A stretch of 64,000 nt of DNA from Blastocystis sp. Blastoise (lineage: Eukaryota; Protista; Bigyra: Opalinata), in NCBI GenBank assembly GCA_039096225.1, contig JBBPEB010000026.1:310001-374000 (forward strand). The letters run 5' to 3'. Under the pieces are notes generated by a model. It was not told where the DNA came from and did not search any database. It worked only from the letters and a program-made list of their open reading frames with translations. Shown piece by piece: positions 22,977 to 38,211 of the stretch (position 1 is its first letter; each line of letters begins with the position of its first letter). The translations under genes and the position numbers were made by a program.

Positions 22977-24728
22977 ATGAATAATTCAGGTGAAACAATA
23001 TCAGATAATTGTGAAAAACAGCTCAACCGACTCGAAAACCAATTCCAAGAACATATAAACTCAATTAAACCTTTGATTCAAGATCAAATTCATCAATCCT
23101 TATTCACATCTTCTGAATTTGAGCAGAAATATAGTATTATTCTATCAAATGCAAAAATATCCATAGAACAAATTTTTCAACAATTAACAACACAAATTTC
23201 TACATTAAGTGTTTCTCAATACTCCGAAAACACTGTTGCAGACTCAGTGGAAAATCAATATATTGTTTTTTCATTTAGAGACTCAAAAGATTTCAACATT
23301 CCACTTCAATATCTTCTAAATAATCCTTACACTCTATTATCTAAAGAATACAAGAATCGCAATGAGATTTCAGTGAGTCAGTCAATTCCTATTGGTCGTG
23401 AAAGCACTTATTTTCAATATATATATCAATATATAACCACAAAATCTTTAGATTTATCTAAATTCTCTGCAACACAAAAATATTGGTTATATGAAGAATT
23501 TAATTATTTTAATATTGAAAAACCATTATGTTTATCTGAATATACCTTAAATTGGTTGAAAACTGAATTATGGACTACATCTTCTTCTCTTTTTCTTCAG
23601 ATGAATCATATAGTATATACAGTCAATCGAAAACAATTAACATTATCTGGTGCTATACTTCCATTTTTTAATCAAAATCCCGTGAATATTCCTTATGATC
23701 CTGTTCAAAATATATGGACTGTAAATTGTCCTTTTGAAGAAATTAATTTAGTCTTATTTTATATAAATAATAAAACTATATATTTACAACCAAATGATTT
23801 AAAATATGATCGTATTCGTTCTATTATTCATACTTTCTCTTCTTATAATATACATTGTACTTCTATTTGGAATCAAATGAAAGGATATTTCTTATTTAAA
23901 AGTAGTTCCATTCTTCCTCTTGAATATTCTTCATTTATTTCTACTTCTGTAGGTATTGAAAAAGATTGGAAACTATTATATAGGTAAGAATATTTTTTGT
24001 TTATTTTGTTTGTGGTTATTTATGTTTATATTTATTATTATATTTATATATATTATTATGTTTATAATCTATTATATATATACATATATAATTATCAATT
24101 TATAATAAATACTATATAAATAATAATATAATAATAATAATATATAGAGCAATACAAGATGGATTTCACTCTCGTGATTTTCATGATTCTGTTGATAATA
24201 AAGGAGAATGTATTATATTTATAGAATGTAGAGATTATGAACAAAGATATATATTTGGAGGTTATACAAAGAAAGGATGGGGACAACCTTATGATATGGA
24301 AAAAAAAAGTATATATATATATATTATTATTTTTTATTATTTTTTGTATAAAAAACAATATTCAGTCACTATATATTTTTATTTGTTATCATAAATATAT
24401 ATATATATATATAGATATTGGTTATAAAATTGATGATGATGCCTTTTTATTTACTATTCAAAATCCTTTTTTTATTCCTCCCTCTCTTTTTCCCGCCAAA
24501 AAGAATGGATATACTATTTATGATGATCCTTCTTGGGGACCTTGTTTTTATAGTGGATTTTATATTTCTGATGAATGTAATGAAAATTCTGAAAGTCAAA
24601 TTTCAGCTTTAGAAAGCACATTTCAGCTACATCCAACATTAGGAAATTCATTATTTGTAAATACAAATAAAAAATCAAAATCAAATCATTTTATTGTATA
24701 TAATGTTGAAGTCTTTGGAAGAATATAA
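22977..24728 (+). CDS. BTB-like plus TLDc-domain protein, 3 exons
   Basis: TLDc motifs WKLLYRAIQDGF...FH..VDNKG, IFGGYT, AFLFT, GPCF and VEVF. The N-terminal part has a KCTD-type BTB-like segment (IGRESTYFQYIYQYI...EEFNYFNI). Confidence 0.8.
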
Positions 24729-25658
24729 TATATATATATTATTATAATTATTCATATTTTCTTTTACACTTTTCCTCTTTTCTTATTCATGGATATATAC
24801 AGTAGTTTCTCTTTTCTCTTTTCTCGTTGACTTTTTTTTTGCTTCATATAAAAATGTACTTTTAGAATGCTTTTTCTTTTTTCTATATTAATTTCTTTCT
24901 TTATTCATCATTCTTTACTATATCGTTTATTACATGTATTCTTTATATTATTCTGTTTAACAATTAACGTTGTTCATAGTTCCTTATGTTATTGATTCTG
25001 TTAACTATTCATATTTTATTAAATATATATTTACTAATTCTATATATTCATCGTATCACCTGCTTCTATACGATGATAGAGCATAATTTGTTTTGATTTT
25101 ATTGATTTTACAAGAAATATTCGTTATATACAGGATAACACAAAAGTAACACAAAATTATCAGTGAAACAGCATAGTTTACTATCATTTATTTATGATAC
25201 TAAGAAAGAAAAGAGAAAATGATTTCATTTACAATAGTGTCATTAAAAAATCAAGTATTTAGTTCTTTAATAGCTTCATAACCATTTTCAAAGCAAAAAT
25301 ATTCCATAATACATAACAAATACGTAGAAATATCTACTATAAGAAAATATAAATAATAAAAATGGGGATTTTCATAATATAACTATATATTCAATAATAA
25401 TCCTGAAACAGAAGAAAATGAAAAAGAAATAAAAAAAAAATGAAACATTGACAGATCGTTGGCTCATTTCTAGAATACTGATTTCATTGGTATTTCTTGA
25501 AATATTTCTCTCATTCGATTCGTTGAACGAATTATTGTCCAATCAAAGAAGACTTTATGTCTCTGTCATCCAAAATTGTGTAAATTAAAGAAAATGAATA
25601 ATCTCTTTTTTAATAAAAAGAAAGTCATTTTATTCTTTGAATATATACTATATACGAT

Positions 25659-26770
25659 ATGAGTTATCAATTATTTATTGATACTAACACTGCTCAACAA
25701 GGTAAAGCTTTAGCTTGTCTTACTTGTGCTGCAATTGCTGGGGTTACTGTTGATTTAGTCGCTGAAACCGATTTAGGTATTTTCTCTATTTTTATGTATT
25801 GCAAATTTAATTTAATTTTGATGCGATTCTTATATCTAGAAAAGAATTTACCTGTTCTTAAGTCTGCTGATGGTGTTGAAGTATCTGGATTTGTTGAAAT
25901 TTCCAAAACTTTAATTAAAGATATCCTTCCCTCTAGTGAAAAATGGACTGCTTGGATTCTTGTATGTTTTTTTTTATAAACATTTTATTTATATATGCTA
26001 TTTTTAAGATGTATATATTATAATATCATTCTATGTATAGGAAAATGAACCAAAGTTTATTGCTCTTTGGACTCAAATGAGTTCTGGCTTAAAGGATGTT
26101 ACTGATAAATCTTCTGATGAAATCAAAGAAATCTTCTCCAATGTCAATAAATGTATATTCATTTTTTTTAAAATAATATATATATATATGAATAGGTATT
26201 GAAGAACTTACTGCTGCTCTCGGTTCAAATACTTTTATTAATGGTATATTTTTATTTATATTATTTATATATTATATATTATTTATTATATATTATTTAT
26301 TATATATTATTTATTATATATTATTTATTTATTATTTAATTATTATTCATTATATATATATAACTATAGGTGAATCAATTTCTCTTGATGATGTTCTTAT
26401 TTGTAGTTTAATATATGCTTCTATTGCTAAGAAAAACTTCTTCCCTTGTCCCGCTTCTATTGCCCGCCAATTTATTTCCTTTATGAAATATGTTAAGAAG
26501 TGGTATATATATAGAACTATTTTATTATTTTTTTTATTATAATTTTTTTTTATAATTATTATTTGTATATACAAATCTATTTTATATTTATATATATATT
26601 TATAGTGCAGCTGTAGTTGTTTTAGAAGGAGAAGCCCCTAAAGGTCAACAATCTTATTTTACTATTGCTATTACTCAACTTCAAGCTGTATATATATATA
26701 TTAATTCTTTTATTTATCTAAGACTAAACTGGTAATAATCATAATCATAATCATAATCATAATCATAATC

Positions 26771-26803
<33 letters not shown>

Positions 26804-28379
26804 TATAGTTTATTAAATCTAAGATGGCTCCTAAAAAGGAAGTTCCTAAAGCTGCCGCCAAAGAAAAGGAGGGAAATGCTTCTTTTAAAACTGCTGCTGT
26901 AGAAATAGCAACTGAACGTCTTTCTAGACCTGTTGATAATTCTATTAAATTACCTAAAGAAGGAGAAAAGAATATATTAATTACTTCTGCGTTACCTTAT
27001 GTTAATAATGTTCCTCATCTTGGTAATTTGATTGGTTGCGTTCTTAGTGCTGATGTATTTGCTAGATATTGTAGAGAACGTAAAGTAAATTGCATATATA
27101 TTTGTGGTACTGATGAATATGGTACTGCTACTGAAACTAAAGCTCAAGTATATATATATATATATATTCATTATAGTATTATTTATATTATTTTTTTTTA
27201 TTATTTTTTTTATTATTTTATTATTTTATTGTATAGTATTAAAACGCTTTTTTTTTTCATTATCTATATAGATAATTTCTTTTATATATAGTATTTTTTA
27301 AATAGTATACTATATTATATTATTAATTAATTTACTACATATATATGTATAGCAAGAGAATTTGACTCCTCGTCAGATTTGTACGAAGTACCATAAGTTA
27401 CATCGTGAGATTTATAAATGGTTTGATATATCTTTTGATTATTTAGGTCGTACTTCTACTGAAAACCCTAGAGAAGATAAAGAATGGCCTCAAGTATATT
27501 ATTATATATATACTGTTTATTTTTTATTTATTTGTTTTTATATTATTATATCAATTATAATATTAATATTTATAATAGGTATAATAATAATCATAATAAT
27601 CATAATAATATTATATCACTTTATAGACTCAAATAGCTCAAGATATCTTTAAGAAATTATATGATAATAATAAATTAGTTGAACAATCTACAGAACAAGT
27701 ATATTGTGAACAATGTGGTCGTTTCTTAGCTGATCGTTTTATTGAAGGTACTTGTCCTGTATGTGGTTATGATAAAGCAGGTGGTGACCAATGTGATAAA
27801 TGTGGTAATTTATTGAATGCTGTCGATCTTATTAATCCTATTTGTAAAGTAGGAGGAAAAGAACATAAAGTACAAAAAAGATCAACTACTCATTTATTCT
27901 TAAATTTACCTGAATTAGAAGATAGATTAAGAGAATGGGTCAATACTACTAGTGTTGTATATATATTATGATAATGTTTATTATTATAATGTTTATTATG
28001 ATAATGTTTACTATTATTATGTAAATTATTATTGTTATGTTTATATTTATTATAATTATAATTATGTTTATATTTATTATTATGATAATGTTTATTATTA
28101 TTATGTAAATTATTATTATTATGTTTATATTTATTATAATTATGTTTATATTTATTTTTATTATTATTATTAATTTATTTATTATAATTAATATTATGTT
28201 TATTATTATGTCTATATATATAGGAAGGTGAATGGACTGATAATGCTACTTTTATTACCAACAGTTGGTTATCGAATGGTCTTAAACCTCGTTGTATTAC
28301 TAGAGACCTCAAATGGGGTACTCCCGTTCCTCTTAAGGGATATGAAGATAAGGTATATATATATATATATATATTATCA

Positions 28380-28433
<54 letters not shown>

Positions 28434-29864
28434 GGTCTTCTATGTATGGTTTGATGCTCCTATTGGTTATATTTCTATTACTGCTAATTATACTAAAGAC
28501 TGGAAACAATGGTGGCAAAATCCTAAGAATGTTGAATTATATCAATTTATGGGTAAAGATAATATTCCGTTCCATACCGTTATATTCCCTTGTACTTTAA
28601 TGGGAACAGAAGAGAATTGGACTTTATTAAAGCACGTGTCTTGTACTGAATATCTTAATTATGAAAATGGTAAATTTAGTAAGAGTAAAGGAACAGGTGT
28701 ATTTGGAGACCAAGCTAAAGATACTAAGATACCTTCTGAAGTATATATTTATAATTATTTTTATTATATTTAGTATTATTATTTTTTGTTTTTATTTTTA
28801 TTATGTTTTATTTACTATAGTATTATGTTTTATATTTATATTTTTATTATATTTATTACTATTATTTATTTATTATATATATATATATATATATATAGGT
28901 ATGGAGATATTATTTATTATGTAATCGTCCAGAACAGAGTGATAGTCAATTCTTATGGGATGATTTAGCAGAGAAGAATAATAATGAATTATTAAAGAAT
29001 TTAGGTAATTTTATTAATAGAGGAATGACCTTTATATATAATAAGATGAATAAGAGTATACCTGCTCAAGGAGAATTAAAAGAACGTGAACAAACACTTA
29101 TTGATAATATTAATAAGACACTTAAGGAGTATATATATATATTTATATATTTATTATTATGATTTGTTTTTTTTTATTTTTTATTATTTTTATAAAAATT
29201 TTAATGAATTTATATATTAAATATATAGTTATAATTATAATATGTCTAAGACTCTTATTAAAGCTGGTTTAAAGAGTGCTATGGAAATATCTAGATTAGG
29301 TAATCAATACTTACAAGATGCTGAGCCTTGGACTCTCTTTAAGAGTGATCGTACTTATTGTAATACTATTATGAATCTATGTGCTAATCTTGTATATCTT
29401 ATTGCCAATATATTTGAACCTTTTATGCCTGCTTTCGCTGATAAGGTATGCTCTATTATTATTATTATATATTATTATTCTTTATAATAAACAATATTTT
29501 TTAAATATATTTCATAAAACATATATATTTAATAATATACTCTATTATAGGTATGTTACCAATTAAATTATCCTCATGGTGATATTCCTGATTCTTTTGA
29601 ATTCATTTTACCTGCTGATCACGTTATTAATCCTATTCTTCCTCTTTTCAAAAAGATTGAACCTGAAGAAGTATTTTTTTTTATTAAATATTTTTATTTT
29701 TATTTTATTATTATTATTTTTTTAAATATTTTTTTTATTATCATTATTTTAATATATTTATTTTATTTTTTTTATTTTATATAAGATATTATGATTATAT
29801 TCTAATTACATATTTCTTTTTATAGATTGCTGCTTATCGTGCTAGATTTGCTGGTCAAAATTAA
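25659..29864 (+). CDS. MARS1: Cytosolic methionyl-tRNA synthetase with N-terminal GST-like domain
   Basis: [16 protein letters not shown] (HIGH motif), CGTDEYG, zinc knuckle [45 protein letters not shown]. Confidence 0.97.
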
Positions 29865-30233
29865 TTTTAATACTTTTTTATTCCTTCTTTTTCTTAAATT
29901 TAGATACTCTATATACAACATATTTGAAATTATTTGATAATAATCTATTCATTTTCTTTACTTATGTTGTTTTGTTCACATGTTTTAAATATATTTTTTT
30001 TTCTTTTATATATCTTTCGAAATCATATCTTTTGCTTACAGGATTGTCATATGTATTCTAAGAATGATCTAAATTGAAAATGTTCAGTTTATATACGAAA
30101 AGAATAATATTATTATATTTTTCGAACTTCTTTTTTTCCAAAGCAAAAACTTCCAGGAGCATTTTAATATCCATAATTATTCATTTATTTTTCTGTTTAT
30201 AAAACGAAATAATATTGAGACTAAAAAAAAGAA

Positions 30234-30839
30234 ATGGAAGAAGCTAATAAAGAACGATATGAATCACTGAAAGAAGTATGCTTAGAAAGAAGATCTGTCA
30301 GAAAGTATTTGAATAAAGATATACCTGAAGGTGTTCTTGAAGATATTCTTACTACCACTCAAGTATACATTTATTATTTAATACTTTATTTTATTAATTA
30401 TGAACATTTATTTTCAATTGTTTTAAATGTATTTCTTTATTTAGTCTGCAGCCACATCTTTGAATTGTCAACCTTATAAGATTTTAGTTATTCGTTCTAA
30501 AGAAGACAAAGAACGACTTGGTAAAACAATGTCTTTAAATAATCCTGATTTTGTAAATAGTTCTTCTGCGACTGTTCTCTTCTTAGCTGACTGCAAACCT
30601 TGGAAACTTTCAAAACAACTTATTGAATTAGAAACTGCTGCAGGACATTCTGAAAAAGGAGCTAAATTACATGCATTTGCTGCTTCTTGGGGTGTAAGTG
30701 CAGTTCCTCTTTTTGGTACTTTATTAGATTGGATTATGAGTTTTATTGGCTTATTTACTGTTATGATGAGAAGACCTTCCGCTTTAGTATATATATAATA
30801 ATAATATTATGTATATTATTATTATTATGCTTATTATGC

Positions 30840-30935
<96 letters not shown>

Positions 30936-31434
30936 GGCTTATGGTTATTCTAATACTTCATTTGTTATTCAACAATTTGTTCTTTTATGTCAAGCTGCAG
31001 GTCTTGGTATATATATATATATATAATAATAATCATAATCATAATCATAATCATAATCATAATCATAATAAATATATATATAGGTAACATTATTTTAGGT
31101 GGATATGATAATTATAGAATTCGCAGAGCTTTTAATATTTCTTCAAGATATAATGTTTGTGCTGCTGTATGTGTTGGCTATGAAGATAAAACTGAAGTAT
31201 TTAAACCTTCTGTACGTTATAAGCCAGGTATATATATAGATATAGAGATAGTTTACTTCAATATATTCTATATGCTTATGTTTATATATATTATATACTC
31301 AATATTTATGAATAATAATAATTATATATAAATGTATAGAACAAGTAATATTTGAAAGTCGTTTCGGATTACCATTTAAAACTCCATTACCTGCTTTAGA
31401 AGTAAAACAAACATGGATCAAAAAAATGGAATAA
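30234..31434 (+). CDS. Nitroreductase-family flavoprotein, multi-exon
   Basis: RRSVRKY...IP, spliced SAATSLNCQPY (APS..N.QP motif), AAGLG...GGYD and C-terminal VGY...R. Confidence 0.85.
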
Positions 31435-31710
31435 ATGAATATATATATATTGAATAATATAAATTTATATCTTTTTACTTTTAGAATACTATCAATTGAA
31501 AATATATATATATATATATATTCATAAATTCGTTGTTATATCATCTTTGTTGTATCTTCTATTCTTATTTCATATATAATAATATATAAACTTATTATCA
31601 TAAACAATTAAATACAATAGTAATATAAAACAAGAATCAAATTCATAAAAAAAAATATCTACATATATATATTAAACAAGAGAAAGAATATAGTTGTTTC
31701 ATAATACACT

Positions 31711-31862
31711 TTATTCATCTTTTTTTACTTTCTTATTAATATGTTCTAATTGTTTTTCATACCCAGCAGATTGTTCAACACGATCATGCACAATTCTCTT
31801 CATCATTTCTGTATCTAAACATATACTATCTTCTATTGTATCTATATATAATAATAATAATA

Positions 31863-31895
<33 letters not shown>

Positions 31896-33590
31896 ATAAA
31901 TAACAAAATAACAAAATAATAATATAAATATATATATATACATCCAAGAGGAATCAATTCTTTGAAAATAGTTTCAGCATCATTAAATATATCTGAATGG
32001 ATCTTAAATTCATTTGTATTTTCCAAATATAACTTATATATATGATTATCTTGAGTAAAAACATAAAATAAACTTGTTTTTTCAGTTTCATTTTTTGTAT
32101 CATATACTGGATATACATGAGCAATAATCGCGGGGAATTCATAAGAATCAATATATTCAAAAGTATCCATATTTATTATAAATAATTTTTTACCCCTATA
32201 TATATATAGATTTGTATTAAAAAATATACTGAATAAGTTACATATATATATAAATGAAACATATTATTAATATATATATATATAATCAATTATTTATATA
32301 CATATTACAATAAGTAATAATAAATTGATTTTGACATGTACAAATCTCTTGAATAATTGGATGTTCATAAATAAGTTCTTCTTCTTTTGGCTCATGCTTA
32401 CGATTGTGTTCCTTTGTTTTAACGGTTTCTAACGACTATAAAGGATATTTATAATGTTATATGAATAGAATATATAGTACAGAGGAGATATATATTTATA
32501 TATTTATTTATTTTTCTAAAATTTCATCAATCAAATAATATATTGAATACAGTACATAGATATACTATTTTATTAATAATAATAAAGAATAATTATAGTA
32601 TATATACTTCAGTATCATCTAAAGTAATAGCATGAATAATTCTTCCATTATCAATATTCCACATAAATACTGTTCCATCACCACCACCAGAGAGGATGAC
32701 ATTATCACGTGGAGTGTCACACAAACATTTTATATACGTAATTCTTATTAATGAAACCAATTTTAATTATTATGAATAGTATATATACTAACGCGAATGA
32801 TCAATACTTATTATAAATAGATTATTATATATATATATGAATAGATATTAGTCTATTTATATATAACAGATATCAATAATTATATGTGATTATCATAATT
32901 TATTAATATAAAAAAATATATAAATATAAATATATAGGATATATAGTATGGCCAGAACATAAACTATGAATAATATAAGATTGAGGAAATTGATTTACAA
33001 AGATCTTTTCATCACGATCACTTGATACTAAATAACCATTTTTAGACATCTATATATTATTATATAGTACATAAATAATATCATTTTTTATATATTCATA
33101 TATTGTGAATAGTAATAATTATATATTTAAAAAAAATAAATCACTTTAAAACATACAATACAAGTAATGATGGATGCAGTATGACCAAAAAGAAACTTCA
33201 TAGGTGTTAATTCTGGAAAAGGCATGCCAATTAAATATCCATTCTTATCAGCAATAACTGCATATTCTTTCTTTTCATGAGTAATCATACATATAGCATT
33301 TGGCTTCTTAGAACAAGTTACGTTCTTAATAAAGGAACCATCAGCAATATTATGAAGAGATATATTCTTATCAGATGTTACAAGGAGAATTTCATTATTA
33401 TTTGAAGAAACACAACCACATAAGATTTCATTGTCCTTCTCAATCTTAACCTTTGTTTCTAAAGTACTATAAAAATGTATTTTTATCGGACTTCATGATC
33501 AATAATAGTATATGCTTACATCTTATCAAAAATAATGCAGAATCTATTAATTAATAGGATTAAATAAACTTCATTCTTAATAACCTTCAT
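31711..33590 (-). CDS. TRM82: tRNA m7G46 methyltransferase non-catalytic WD40 subunit (Trm82/WDR4)
   Basis: ADKNG, LFGHTASIIT, SDRDEKI..QFP..Y.I, GHT and LSGGGDGT. A continuous frame needs an AT-AC intron at 32738-32942. Confidence 0.85.
32738..32942 (-). other. U12-type (minor spliceosome) AT-AC intron
   Basis: 5' end ATATCCTA; 3' end TTTCATTAAT-AAGAATTAC with a U12-like branch site about 10 nt from the AC. Splicing restores GHTMYIKCL. Confidence 0.8.
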
Positions 33591-34233
33591 TTTTTATACA
33601 ATAGATACTTAAAAAATAATAAATCAGTCTCTAGATAAACCAAAAAAAGGGAAGAAAAAGAATTATTGACTTTTGTTAAGTGAATACTCAAAACAACGGG
33701 GAAAAGTAAATATATAGTGGCATTTTCATTATAAACAACTAATTTTTATTTTATTTTTATTATTCTTAGATTTTCAGTAATTGATGCATTTCATATATAG
33801 TTTCATTATCAAGATCTTTTAAAAATACTTGAGTTATCATTTTTAATATAATGCTAACAATTTATCTAGTGAATAACATAATAATTCTTCTTTAAATATG
33901 TTTACTTAATATCTAGAGTCATTTCGATTATGTTTTATGCTATTTACACTAACTACGAAATCTTTTTGAAACAAAAGAAACTGGAATAAATATAAATTTC
34001 ACTGATTTACCAATTATTTTAGTTTTTCTTCAATAGCATCTCATTTCTTTTTATAACAAAATGATAACTCTGTTCATAATAAATAGTAATCATTTAAAAA
34101 ATGCAAATATTTTCTTTGAGATTCATTTTTGTTTTATTCCCGTGAATATTTTACATTGTTGTTTCAATTGATTACGTCATTTCATTAACGAATTCAGCCA
34201 TTAGAATGAATCCAAGTTGATATTCTATCAGCA

Positions 34234-34860
34234 TTATCGAAAATAACATGAATTCATGATTATTTGAATAATTTCTATGGAATTATGAAAATAACCAGGA
34301 TTAATAAGGAATGATGTAATTGTGTTGAACTTATGTCGTCGTTGATTTAATAAGATCGTTTTGACAAAACACGTCTTTCTTATTTTCTTTAACAAAGAAA
34401 AGGTTAATTTATAGGATAGCCATTTCATGTATTTGAGATTCTGGTATATACTTCGTTATTCGATTATTGGCTAGCAAATACTTCTGGTCTTGAAAATGTC
34501 AAATGAATCTATTGTTTATAATCCATCATCATTATTGTGTGATGTATTATTTGATATGGATCGGAAATCATAATCAGGAATGATTCAGAATAGATATTAC
34601 TTGTATAATAGCTTCATTCGTTATATTTGAGCATTATTCCATGTTCTATTATTTATTAGATCTGTATATTTCATGCATTCTAATCCTCATTGTATTATGA
34701 ATATATTATGGAAAGAGGTTTCAAGATAATGTACAAATATCAAACGGAAATCATCGTCACTACTGGAATTCAACACTAATTTGTCGGTATTCATTCAGTT
34801 CGTCGACGTTAAATTCGATTCTACAAGTATTCTGGCTTTTCAAATCATCTTAATGTATTT
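34234..34860 (-). pseudogene. Possible decayed ORF
   Basis: One minus frame reads protein-like for about 190 codons (MNTDKLVLNSSSDDDFRLIF... into ORF 34234-34428) with several internal stops. No family recognised. Confidence 0.2.
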
Positions 34861-35528
34861 TGTTGATTTCTTTATATATAGTTTCTTTTATTTTTGCTAT
34901 TTTCATATTCTAAATGATTCCTAAAATAATATATAGAACATATTACACATAAAAATCTACAATTTATTCGTGGATTCTCACATTCTAGTTTTTTAGAAGA
35001 TAATTTCATTATTAAACCTATTCTTCAAGATAAGATAATACTATCTAATATCAAATAAGTTATAATCAATAAATATAATACATTAAAATTTTGATTACTC
35101 AAATGGATGATAGTTCATTGAATATATTTTTATTTACTGGCTTTCTTGATACTCTGGGATTCATTGAGACTCCTTTCCTTTATCAGTTTCATCAATATTA
35201 CTGATTGATATTATTAATTTTGACCACAAATAACATATATAGATATATTATGCATAAATCAGTAATTTTAGATCTATTGATTATCTTGTTAGCTAACTAT
35301 AGATCTTTATTCAATAGAAAAGAAAATGAAAAAGAAAATGATGAATAACTACGGAAACTTTTATTTTTCAAGGAACTAATTGATTATTTTCATGATTCAT
35401 CTAACTGGAAGTCAAGTAATTCAATTTTTCTATAAAAATTATAAATTCATTTCAAAAAAACATCATCACTGAACAACATTTCAACAATCAATTTTGTTTT
35501 GTTTAGGAATTCATATTCTTATATCAAG

Positions 35529-36399
35529 ATGTTTTTTCTAACATTCTTAATTAGTCCTTCAACGATATTAACTGCGTTTAGTATTTATTCATAAATTTGT
35601 GTTTTCTTATCCATGTAGCCATTTTCTCTTTTTGTCTTCTTTTTTATGCTTTATGGCCAAAAAAGGGTCAGACCGTTGTTGAAAAGTTTGTACAAATTGT
35701 TTATGGAATAGCTAAACGATCTTTTTTTAAAGAAGTCAGTATACCTAATAAGAACCGTATTCCACTTGACGAACCTGTATTACTTGTTTGTGCTCCACAT
35801 TCAAATCAATTTGTTGATGCTATTATTTTATCTCACTGTCTTAATAGAAAAGTATATTTATTATATAAGGCTGCTAAAGTTTATAATTTTAATAATATGT
35901 TTATTATTTTTAACTATCTATTTATATAGGTTCATTTCATGATGGCTGCATCTTCCTTGAAAATACCTGTTATTGGAAAATTCTCTCAATTGATGAATGC
36001 TGTTATTACCGTAGAACGTCCTGATGATCATGCTACTGTTATTAAAGGAAAAGTTACTATTGAAGGAACAAAGGTTACCGTATGTTTTTTTTTATGTTTA
36101 TTTATTTTTTATGCTTTATTTTTTATTTTTTTTAATTTTTTATTTATTTAATGTTTTATTTATTTATTTTTTTAATGTTTTATTTATTATAGGGTATTGA
36201 TACTGAATTCACAAAGATTTTTGAACCTAAAACACAAATTCTTGTATATAATTTTTGTTTTGATTTTATAATATATATATATATATATATATAGATTAAT
36301 AAGAAGAAAGGTTTTGTTATTGAAGTAAATAGTGATACAGAACTCACTTTATCTTCGGATTTCCCCATGGTTATTTCTACTCCTACAGAAGCTAAAGTA

Positions 36400-36495
<96 letters not shown>

Positions 36496-36622
36496 GTGTA
36501 TTCCTCATTTGAATCAGAAGGATCTCTATAATAATTGTTGGAATGCGTTTAATGATAATGCCTGTTTAAGTATATTCCCCGAAGGAGGATCACATGATCG
36601 ATCTACTGTATATATATATATA

Positions 36623-36664
<42 letters not shown>

Positions 36665-38070
36665 GTTCTTACCTTTTAAATCTGGTGCTGCTCAATTAGC
36701 TTTGGGGTTTACTGCTACTGTATATATATCTATAATAATAATTATAATAATAATAATTATTATTATTATAGTATCCTGAAAAACGTGTGAATATTATTCC
36801 CGTGGGAATGAATTATTATCAAGGTCATAAATTCCGAAGAGCTTGTGCTTTCATTGATATCGGTGAACCCATTCGTTATTCTGTAGATCAAGTATTAGCC
36901 TATAAGAAAGGGGGAGATGAACGTAAACATGTAGTAAATGATTTAATGGATAAGATTAGTCAGGCGTTATATAACGTTACAACTACTGCAGATGATTGGG
37001 AGACACTGGAACGTGTGAACGTCGTCAGACGTCTAATGACCAATCAAAACGTTCATTTAAATACTGAGGAGAAAACGAAAGTTACTCGACATTTAATTGA
37101 AGGATATAAAAAATTTAAAGATGAAGATGATATACAGAAATTAGTGATTCGAATTGATGATTATAAATTCATGTTAAGTTATTTAGGTCTTACTGATGCT
37201 TATGTATAAGTTTTATTTATTATACTAATTATATTTAACATATATTTATTATATTTTATTACATTTATTATATTTATATAGTTAGTTCGTCAGTCAAAAG
37301 AGACCTCTCGTTCTCATTCATTAAATAAATTCTTTTATCACTTTTTCTTAGCTATTTATTATATTGTTTTATGTTTCCCAGGTATATATATATATATAGT
37401 ATTCTATAATTATTTATTATAATTATAATCATAATTATAATCATAATTATAATACTACTACTACTCTCCTATAGGAATGATATTAGGTTGGCCTGTTATG
37501 CTATGGTCCAAGATCTATAGTATTTTAATGCAAAGCAAGGCTCTTAAGAAATCGTCAGTGAAAATCGAAGCTACAGATGTTGTTGCTAGTAATAAATTAG
37601 TAGGTGCATTTCAAGTGTGTTTATTCTTATTATTTGCTGAACCTTATATAATTGAATATATATTAAATAATTATTTTGGATATACTTTGGGTATAAATGA
37701 TTATTTTAAAATTATGTCTATTATTCCATGGTTATTATACTTTGGTATTACTCGTTCTGCTGGTATATATTATTATGTTTATATTTATTATTATTTAATT
37801 TATTTTATTATTATATTTATTATTATTATTATATTTATTATTATTATTATTATTATTATATTTATTATTATATATATATATAGATGATATGTTACACCAT
37901 ATTAGTAGTGCTCGTTTCTTATTAAAGAGAATTATTACTAAACATGATGATCGTATTATTCAACGACGTGAAGATTTACGCGCAGAAATCGATAAAATTG
38001 TCGAAACACGTGGCCCTCAATTATTTGGAAGTGAAGACGAATTCCAAAAGAAGAGAGTTTTAGTTAATGG

Positions 38071-38108
<38 letters not shown>

Positions 38109-38211
38109 ATCTTTATTATCTATAGGATATACAAGTATAACCCGTGTAAAGTCATATATACAATTTAGTCCATCAACGTTTGCTGAATTAGATGAAGAAA
38201 TGGACTTATAA
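35529..38211 (+). CDS. Glycerol-3-phosphate O-acyltransferase, Sct1/Gpt2-like, multi-exon
   Basis: APHSNQFVD (HxxxxD), VERPDD, IFPEGGSHDR and IIPVGMNY..HKFR, with multiple hydrophobic segments. Confidence 0.9.

Noticed and set aside
25921-25931. ATATCCTT in MetRS as a second U12 donor
   Set aside because: It lies inside an open exon (KDILP) bounded by ordinary GT-AG sites.
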